Positions 22,297-30,600 of a stretch of DNA of 64,000 nucleotides are shown here, piece after piece. The notes below the pieces were generated by a model. The model was given only the letters and a program-made list of their open reading frames with translations. It had not been told where the DNA came from and searched no databases. Each line of letters opens with the position of its first letter. Positions within the stretch are counted from its first letter, which is position 1. Source of the DNA: Escherichia coli (GTDB lineage Bacteria; Pseudomonadota; Gammaproteobacteria; Enterobacterales; Enterobacteriaceae); assembly GCF_041886205.1 (NCBI RefSeq), contig NZ_CP169029.1; one strand, given 5' to 3'. Position numbers and translations under genes: made by a program.

Positions 22297-22394
22297 CTTA
22301 GTTCCCGGTAGCGTATAAAAAATATCTCAATATAAAAAGTAGACGCAGAATAAAAACTGAACGTATAATAATGCTACGCTATAGGGCGGTAAGG

Positions 22395-22434
22395 TGCAAC
22401 CATCACCTCAGTCACTTCTGAGGTGATGGTTGCA
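22395..22434. promoter_or_regulatory. Perfect 17-bp inverted repeat (TGCAACCATCACCTCAG - 6 bp - CTGAGGTGATGGTTGCA) in the divergent intergenic region; candidate operator or 5'-leader hairpin
   Basis: Lies between a -10-like TATAAT (~22363) and the RBS/start at 22466. Confidence 0.5.
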
Positions 22435-22465
22435 GTTTTCATGAATGATCTTCGGAAGGATGTGA

Positions 22466-23410
22466 ATGCCACTCACTAATACTCAGATCCGATACTACGA
22501 CAGCAATGTACTGCGTTTGCCTAAGGATAAGCGTGAAACCTACAATGCCCAAGTAGATCGGCTTATTACAGCGTTACGTAAAAAACTGAAAGATCAGGAT
22601 AAAATAACAATAAAACGTGTCGTTAAAGCTGGTTCGTTTGCTAAACACACTATTCTACGCAAAACCTCAGACAGTCAGGTCGATGTGGATGTTGTGTTTT
22701 ACGTTAGTGGAGAGAAAGTTGCTGAGGAAACCTTCGCAAGCCTGAGCGAAAAAATTTACGAAGCCTTACTTAAAATGTATCCCAACAAAGCTGTAGAAGA
22801 TTTCGAGATTCAACGTAAGGCTGCTACTGTTTCTTTTGTCGGGACTGGATTAGATGTTGATATTGTTCCCGTCATCGAAAATCCGGACAAAGAAGGCTAT
22901 GGATGGCAGTTTGACCGTATCGATGGTTCGAAGACAGAGACTTGTGCTCCTTGCCAGATCAAATTTGTGAAAGATCGCAAAGACCAAGACCCGGACTTTC
23001 GTACTTTAGTACGCTTAGCTAAACGTTGGCGTACCAACATGGAATGCCCACTTAAGTCATTTCATATAGAACTAATCATGGCTCATGTACTAGAAGTCAA
23101 TGGAAAAGATGGTTCGTTGGAGAAGCGATTTCGGGATTTTCTACTGTACATTGCTGAATCAGGATTAAAAGAAGTTATCACCTTCCCTGAAAATAGCACT
23201 ATACCAGCATTTTCCCATCCAGTTGTCATACTGGATCCTGTTTGCGATACGAACAACGTTACCAGCCGTATTACCGAGGATGAGCGAAAAGAGATCGTCC
23301 GGATTGCTGAGGAAAGTTGGGCGACGGCAAATTTTGCGTCGGTAGAAGGAGACTATGATATCTGGAAGGAGCTGTTTGGTCGTTCATTTAAAGTGGAGGA
23401 TACAGCATGA
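22466..23410 (+). CDS. cGAS/DncV-like nucleotidyltransferase (CD-NTase-like)
   Basis: 314 aa; GS-x9-S-x5-DVD nucleotidyltransferase motif, third acidic residue in LDVDIVPV; RBS GGAAGGA upstream. Confidence 0.65.
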   Translation: MPLTNTQIRYYDSNVLRLPKDKRETYNAQVDRLITALRKKLKDQDKITIKRVVKAGSFAKHTILRKTSDSQVDVDVVFYVSGEKVAEETFASLSEKIYEALLKMYPNKAVEDFEIQRKAATVSFVGTGLDVDIVPVIENPDKEGYGWQFDRIDGSKTETCAPCQIKFVKDRKDQDPDFRTLVRLAKRWRTNMECPLKSFHIELIMAHVLEVNGKDGSLEKRFRDFLLYIAESGLKEVITFPENSTIPAFSHPVVILDPVCDTNNVTSRITEDERKEIVRIAEESWATANFASVEGDYDIWKELFGRSFKVEDTA

Positions 23411-23895
23411 GTTACTCCTCAACTGAAACATCGACTTATACCACAACAGACGTTGAAGCAGTCATGCGACGCATCACAGCTGACTTAGTGATGATTGCCG
23501 CCAGTACCGGTGCGATAACTGAATCAAAAGCACGTGAGTATGCTCACGATATAGAACTCTTAGCAAAAAATGGATATCTGGATTACGTCGATGTGACCCT
23601 TATAAGCAATGGCGTTGAACAGAAAGCAACCCGGTTTCATGTGAATGAGTCCGGAGAATTGGCAAATGACAGACCTGGAGACGCTCGTTGGCCGAGAATT
23701 CAGGGGGCTTATCTGCGGATTGTTGTGAACAACCGGAGTACCTACGATCAGGCTGCGAGGCAAAAGCTTTCAGGTAAGATGAAAATATCGTGGTCGCCAT
23801 GTAGTGATGACATCAGTCATTCAGGTTTGACCCAAAGTGGTGGTCGTGAATATTCCAGCAATGGTTATGGTATGCAACGTAAGGATTACAATTAA
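23407..23895 (+). CDS. Small protein (162 aa), possibly HORMA-like (Cap7-type); assignment from position and size only
   Basis: Translationally coupled (ATGA overlap) between the nucleotidyltransferase and the AAA+ ATPase. Confidence 0.35.
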   Translation: MSYSSTETSTYTTTDVEAVMRRITADLVMIAASTGAITESKAREYAHDIELLAKNGYLDYVDVTLISNGVEQKATRFHVNESGELANDRPGDARWPRIQGAYLRIVVNNRSTYDQAARQKLSGKMKISWSPCSDDISHSGLTQSGGREYSSNGYGMQRKDYN

Positions 23896-24791
23896 TGAGC
23901 AAGAGTAGTGTTTTCGACTCAGTGATTGATTTACCGCAGCGCGAACTGACAGAGCGAGAGAACATTTTACTTGGCTTTGAAAGTCGTTATGAGAGTGTCC
24001 ACAACCAACTCAACCTGCTGCTTAACCAAGGGCAACTCCTTGACTGGAGCAAGAAGTACCATAAGAGCGTTTTACCGCTCTGCAAGCTCGTTGCTGAGCA
24101 GTATCCGCTTGTTATTTTTCATGGTGATGTAGGAACAGGTAAAACAGCAACTGCTGAGTGCATCGCGAATCGTCTTGTCCGCGAGTCTCGCACTGAAGAT
24201 TCGGCCCTCTTTAAGCTCAGCAATCGGGTCCGTGGTTCCGGAAAAGTGGGGGAGATGGGGACGCTACTAACTCAGGCATGGGCAGAAGTGTGCGAGGCTG
24301 CGGGTAAAAATCGCAGAGCAATACTGATTATTGATGAAGGGGATTCAATTGCAGCTTCCCGTTCTCAAAACCACAGCCATCATGAAGATAAAGTAGCAGT
24401 AAATACTTTAATTCAAGGAGTGGATGAGCTACGAAAATTTGGCGGCCGGGTTGTGGTAATTTTATGTACTAATAGACTATCCGTCCTTGACCCTGCACTT
24501 CGTAGGCGAGCAGCGATTGTCGAAGAATTTACTCGCCCCGGGCTCACAGAACGAGAATCGCTTTTTCGCATGGATCTTGGAGGGATGGGATTGTCAGATA
24601 GTCAATATCGTCAACTAGCGGTGGCAACTGGTGAGAAAGAAAATCTGCCAGCATGGACATACTCTGATATCCGTACGCGCCTCTATCCCGCAGCAATGTC
24701 AAGAGCGTTTCCTGAACGGGCTTTAAGTTTTAATGATTTGATGGAATTATTGAAAATAATGAGGCCTTCCCCCGTCATGGGAGATATATAA
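23895..24791 (+). CDS. AAA+ ATPase, possibly TRIP13/Pch2-like (Cap6-type)
   Basis: 298 aa; Walker A GDVGTGKTA, Walker B ILIIDEGD; overlapping start with the upstream gene. Confidence 0.5.
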   Translation: MSKSSVFDSVIDLPQRELTERENILLGFESRYESVHNQLNLLLNQGQLLDWSKKYHKSVLPLCKLVAEQYPLVIFHGDVGTGKTATAECIANRLVRESRTEDSALFKLSNRVRGSGKVGEMGTLLTQAWAEVCEAAGKNRRAILIIDEGDSIAASRSQNHSHHEDKVAVNTLIQGVDELRKFGGRVVVILCTNRLSVLDPALRRRAAIVEEFTRPGLTERESLFRMDLGGMGLSDSQYRQLAVATGEKENLPAWTYSDIRTRLYPAAMSRAFPERALSFNDLMELLKIMRPSPVMGDI

Positions 24792-24848
24792 GGCCCCATT
24801 TCTTAATCAACTGATATACTATAAAAATCAACTCCAATTCCGGTACAT

Positions 24849-25451
24849 TTGTTGATTTACGGTGCACTTCTTGCAAGCAGGAACTATATGAGAACTGATA
24901 AAGAAATTTTCGTTTCAGTTGATGTGGAAACATCAGGCCCTATTCCGGGGAAATACAGTATGTTATCGATAGGTGCTTGTGTGGCATTTGAACCATCAAA
25001 GCAATTTTCATGTTACCTTAAACCGATATCTGAAGATTTTATCCCTGCGGCTATGGAAGTGACTGGGTTATCGCTGGAGAAGTTGCACGTCGATGGTTTG
25101 GATCCTGTTGATGCAATGGTTCAATTTAAAGAATGGATTAATTCGGTCGTAAAGGAAGATGAGACTGTAGTTTTTGTTGGTTTCAATGCTTCATTTGACT
25201 GGAGCTTTATTAATTATTATTTCCATGTATATTTAGGTGATAATCCTTTTGGCATCGCAGCACTCGATATAAAATCAATGTATTTTGGCGTTTCTCACGC
25301 CTCATGGAGATTAACACGTTCTAGTGAAATAGCGAAAGTTGTCAAACCTGAGACATATGGTGATCATGATGCATTACATGATGCCCGATATCAGGCTGAA
25401 CTATTCCGGTTGATCGATAAATTGAGCGAGAAGAAAAAATTAGATCGATGA
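24849..25451 (+). CDS. DEDDh-family 3'-5' exonuclease (DnaQ-like fold); likely start at Met 24888
   Basis: Exo [11 protein letters not shown], Exo [11 protein letters not shown], Exo [17 protein letters not shown]. Confidence 0.75.
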
Positions 25452-25538
25452 GTTGCGCAAATAATCATATGGAATTTTCAAAGATTAATTTACTGGAAGT
25501 ACAGTGAATTACCTTATGACAAGAGTTCTGGTGGATAT

Positions 25539-25994
25539 ATGAATGACGAATTTAGCTGTGCAAGTGAGCATATCTGGAAATATTTCGAATTGCATGCACA
25601 ACAAAGAATGACTGTTTTCAATTTTTACATTGCGATAACAGGACTTCTTGCTGCTGGCATTGGGGTTACTCTCCAACAAGGAGGGAAGTATGTATTATTT
25701 ACTTCACTTATGGGGGTGTTTGTAGCATTTATTTCATTTATTTTCTGGAAATTGGATCAGCGAGTGTCGATTTTAATAAAAAATGCTGAAATTGCTCTAC
25801 AAGATCTTGAATGTCAATTTTCCAATGAAAAGCTGAGGATAATCACTAAAGATAATAGCAGTCATTTGCTAAACTTAGGCATTAGTTCTTCTTGGACTTA
25901 TGGAAAATGCTTCCGCATTTCATTTGTTATAGTAGGTCTTACTGGGATATTACTTGCGATTACACCTTTTCTGATGAAAGTCTCGACTTCTTAA
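25539..25994 (+). CDS. Small predicted membrane protein (151 aa), function unknown
   Basis: Two to three hydrophobic helices; last gene before the IS2-like element. Confidence 0.4.
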   Translation: MNDEFSCASEHIWKYFELHAQQRMTVFNFYIAITGLLAAGIGVTLQQGGKYVLFTSLMGVFVAFISFIFWKLDQRVSILIKNAEIALQDLECQFSNEKLRIITKDNSSHLLNLGISSSWTYGKCFRISFVIVGLTGILLAITPFLMKVSTS

Positions 25995-26067
25995 TACATT
26001 TGAGCCGGCCCCTTGAAACGCCAGACAGTGGATGTATCTTAAAATAAGAGATAGGCTTGGATATATG

Positions 26068-26424
26068 TCTAACACTAGTTCTAATTTTGAGATGACAGGA
26101 ACTTTGCTGGGGCAGGGGCTTCGTAAACGTAAAACTCCTCAGGAAAAAATTGACATTATTCAGCAGACAATGGAGCCTGGCATGACGGTGTCCCATGTGG
26201 CGCGTTTGCACAGTATTCAGCCCGGCCTGTTATTTAAGTGGAAAAAACAATATCTGGAAGGAAGTCTCACTGCTGTTGCTGCCGGAGAGGATGTTGTTCC
26301 TGCCTCAGAACTGGCTGCCGCTATAAAACAAATAAAAGAGTTACAGCGCTTTCTGGGTAAAAAACCATGGAAGTTGAGATCCTCAAAGAAGCAGTGGAGT
26401 ATGGTCAGTCGTAAAAATGGATAG
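26068..26424 (+). CDS. IS3-family OrfA (IS2 InsC-like)
   Basis: Motifs [24 protein letters not shown] and [33 protein letters not shown]. Confidence 0.7.
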   Translation, partial: SNTSSNFEMTGTLLGQGLRKRKTPQEKIDIIQQTMEPGMTVSHVARLHSIQPGLLFKWKKQYLEGSLTAVAAGEDVVPASELAAAIKQIKELQRFLGKKPWKLRSSKKQWSMVSRKNG

Positions 26425-26459
26425 CGCATGCGCCCTTGTTGCCAACGGACAAGGAATAA

Positions 26460-27225
26460 CCATGGTAATCCGTATTCTGGACGTGTCGCGTGCGTAACTG
26501 GCACAACGGATGAAAATATCTGGTAATAAGCCGGATAAACGTCGTCGCAGATGTGATGAGGCTGCGGATGCGGAAGTGTTAGCACGCATCCTTGATATCA
26601 TCAGCGATATGCCGACATATGGCTATCGTCGTGTCCGGGCTATTCTCAGACGGCAGTCTTAACGAAGGACTGCAGTTCGTGAATGCAAATCGCGTTTATC
26701 GAATAATGAGCGAGAATAACCTGTTGTTATTACATGACAAACCTTCACGACCGCAGAGGGAACATAAAGGCCCGAATATCGGTGAAGGAAAGCGACCCGC
26801 GCTGGTGTGCCGATGGCTTTGAGTTCGGTTGTGATGATGACGAAAAACTGCGTGTCACGTTCGCACTGGACTGTTGCGATCTTGAATCCATAGACTGGGC
26901 CGCAAGCACGGGAGGTTATGGCAAAGCAACGGTGCAGGATGTCATGTCAGGAGCGATAGAAAAACGCTTTGGCGATAGACCGGGATGGCCCATCCAGTGG
27001 CTGACCGATAACGGTTCAGCTTATACAACTCATGAAACACGGCAGTTCGCCAGAGAGTTGAATCTGGAGCTCTGCACGACGGCAGTCAGTAGCCCTCAGA
27101 GTAATGGAATGAGAGAACGGTTCGTGAAAACGATGAAGAGCGATTACATCAGTATCATACCTAAACCGGACGTGTTAACGGCAGTAAAAAACCTTGCGGA
27201 GGCGTTCGAACACTATAACGAATAG
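26460..27225 (+). pseudogene. IS3-family OrfB (DDE transposase) with frameshifts and stops
   Basis: Integrase-core homology spread over two or more frames. Confidence 0.7.
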
Positions 27226-27330
27226 CATCCTCATGGTGCCTTGGTTATCTCTCACCGAGGGAATATCAACGTCACTCGGTAACGTTAACTTAAGCTCAAC
27301 GGCTGTCTGGATATAGTGGTTCAAGGGCAC

Positions 27331-27487
27331 CTAAGGGCCTTATTTACGGTGTTTTCGCTGATTGGTTTACGCGGGTCATGTGCTCCCGTAAAGACCAGAC
27401 CATTTTCAACTGCCCATGTCTGAAGTTTTATCAGTATGGCTACAGCCTGTTTGCTGAGTGGCACAAGATGTGGTGTTCGCATCTTAT
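27331..27487 (-). pseudogene. Internal fragment of a P4-type integrase gene
   Basis: ~155 bp at ~93% identity to 43341-43497 within the intact integrase, same orientation. Confidence 0.7.
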
Positions 27488-27692
27488 GGATTCACCATTA
27501 TAGTGACATGTTCAAGATGATGATATATCTTTGAAAAGTGTTCTCTTTGCGAACGGTATAGAATTTCTAGCGTTACTTTTCATAATTACACTTTTTAGGG
27601 TTAGGCAGGCACAATCTATGCGCTGTCTTAGATAACTACATCCATTTTTACTGGACTACCACCAACAAAAATTTAGTGGTGCAGGAGAAAAC

Positions 27693-30600
27693 GTGAAGTA
27701 TCAGATAGTAGGTGGTGCTGGCCTGCACCGCAGCGAAACCAAAACAGTTGATATGATGGTTAAGCAGTTACCAGATAGTTGGTTTGGCTATGCTGGCTTA
27801 GTTGTTACTGATAGCCAAGGGTCGATGGAAATCGATATGCTAATTATTACTGCTGACCGTCTGCTATTAGTCGAGCTTAAAGAGTGGAATGGTAACATCA
27901 CATTTGAAGGGGGGAAGTGGCTGCAAAATGGTAAGTCACGAGGCAAAAGTCCCTATCAGATCAAGCGTGAGCATGCACTGCGACTAAAAGATTTGTTGCA
28001 GGAAGAGTTATCTCGTAAGCTGGGTTACTTTTTGCATGTTGAGGCTCATGTAGTGCTGTGTGGCACAGCTGGTCCTGAAAACTTGCCATTAAGTGAGAGG
28101 CGCTATGTTCATACCCGTGATGAATTCTTGACTATAGGTAACCCAAAAAATTACGAAAAGCTGGTGCAACACACTAACTTTTTTCATCTTTTTGAAGGGG
28201 GAAAGCCTCGACCAAATTCTGATGAGGCATTACCTATAATTAAGTCCTTCTTTGAAGGACCAAAAGTCAGGCCTTTGCCACTAAAAGAAAGCGGTTATCT
28301 TGCGAACGATAAGCCATTCTTTAGTCACCCTCACATGGTCTACAACGAATTCAGGGCTACCCACAAAGACAATAGTCAACACAGAGGTCTGCTACGGCAG
28401 TGGAACTTTGATGCCTTGGGTGTAGCAAACGCAATGCAAACATTGTGGGCTGAGATAGCTCTGCGTGAGACTCGAGTCGGTCGCCTAGTTCGTCATGGCA
28501 GCGCAACTATGCAGGATTATATGTTGCGTGCTGTAAGGGAACTATCCGAGGAGGATATAACTGATGATGCCCGTGAGCTGTATGAGTTACGCCGTAGTTT
28601 TAGCCGATTAGATGAGATTCTAGATAGCGAAGCTGACGGATGGAGTAAATCTGAGCGTATTGATCGCGTTCGTGCATTATTAGCTCCATTCTCGGAATTA
28701 CATAGCTTGGGTATCAGTCATTGTGATATTGACCCGCACAATCTATGGTACGCAGGGGATCAGAAGAGCATTGTCGTTACTGGCTTTGGCGCAGCCTCAC
28801 TGGAGGGACATAATAGCCTAGAGTCATTGCGTCCGATATTGCAAAGTGCTCCATATATTTTGCCCGAAGATGCTTTTGAAGAAGCAGTTGAGCCCTATCG
28901 CCTAGATGTATTCATGTTGGCTGTAATTGCTTATCGTATTTGTTTTGCAGGTGAATCATTACTGACTCCTGGACAGATGCCTGAATGGAGAGCTCCATTA
29001 ACTGATCCTTTTAGCGGTATTCTAAATAGCTGGTTTGAGCAAGCTCTTAACCTTGAGCCAAGTAAACGCTTTCCACGTGCGGACATAATGCTCAATGAGT
29101 TTAATGCAGCTACTAAGGAACATAGCCAAGAATTTGATGAAGCTAACCAGATTTATCAAGAATTAAAGCAAAACAAATTCTTTCGCGAAGGGATGAACAG
29201 CGTTGGTGTGTTAATTGAGTTTCCTCCACTTCCTGAACAGTTGTCTATGGTTTACTCTGCTCTTGCTGCTATTGCTACGACTGGCAGCATCAGTTATCAC
29301 TGTGAACAAGGTGGGAAAGCTCTGCAGGTAAAATTGTGGGATGGTGTTATTTTGACCCCTCAACAACCTGGTGTTAACCGCCGTATCCACGCTTTTAAGC
29401 AACGGATCGATAAGCTTACGCATATAAATCTGCCAACTCCTAAGGTGCAGTCCTATGGACTATTAGGACAAGGCGGCTTGTATGTAGTGAGCGAGTATGT
29501 GGATGGCCTACCGTGGTCACAGTTTATTGCTGAGAACGTGTTAGTACAATCCCAACGTTTTACAATTGCGGAAAAGTTGATCAACACCATTCATGCTTTT
29601 CATGAAAAGCAGTTACCTCATGGAGATCTTTGCCCAGAGAAACTGCTGGTACAAGTCGGGGAGCAGACAGTAATTACTCTGATTGGATTGCTTGAATTCA
29701 GTGATGAATTAACTGCAGATAATCGCTACCAGCCAGAGAATCCCGAAAGTACTGATGCTTTTGGGCGAGATTGCTTTGCAGTATATCGTATGGTGGAGGA
29801 GCTATTTAGTGAAGATATGCCAGTACTGGTGCAGGCTGAGCTAGAACGCGCAAAACAAACCGTTGACGGTATACCTATCGCGCTCGATCCTTTGCTGCAG
29901 TCAATTCGAGCACCGGAACAAGCTGAGATTAATCAAGTTGTGGCGTCTGAGTCACAGGATAAGGTAATTCCTGTTTGCTGGGGCACAGATGATTGGCCGC
30001 AAGAAGTGAAGCTTCTAGAACAAAATGATGGGATCTATTATTTTCAATGTAACTGGTCATCGAACCCACGCTTTGCGCATGAATTGCGTTGTTACATCAC
30101 TGGCCTAGGAGAGCGGCTATTGATAGACTTAGATCCTGATAATCGCACTATTAATAGAATAGTGTATGAAAAAGGATTATCGATCGAAGAAAGTATAAAG
30201 GCTGGTAAATATTCCCAGGCTAAAATTAATACTCAACTTTCATTACAACGTGGCTCACTTAATCAGCGTAATACTTTTATTGAACTACTGTTTAACCTCG
30301 AGCCAGTAATTGATGCCATCATTGAGCGAGCTAATCCTAATCAAGAGATGGATGAAGATGACTTCGATAGTAGTGAGTCAAGCCCAATTGAGTTATGGCA
30401 GGCATTATCTGATACAGAAGTAGACCTACGAGATATAGTCAACATCGACTCTACTGACTTTCAGGAATCACCGAGTGGTTGCTTACTCTACCCATATACT
30501 ACGGAATCCGGTGCTGACCTCAGCTTTGAACTTGATGATAAGATCATTGTTTATATTAAAGATAAGCGTGAATCAGTGCAATTAGGGGAATTGCAGCTAA

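Larger units (their letters stand above)
26001..27330 (+). mobile_element. IS2-like (IS3 family) element, degenerate
   Basis: IS2-like left and right terminal sequences; orfA intact, orfB broken by stops and frameshifts; ~1.33 kb. Confidence 0.7.

Noticed and set aside
23407-23895. Calling the 162-aa protein a toxin or antitoxin of the CBASS-like module
   Set aside because: No motif evidence; the only support is its position between the nucleotidyltransferase and the AAA+ ATPase, so it is kept as a low-confidence HORMA-like call.
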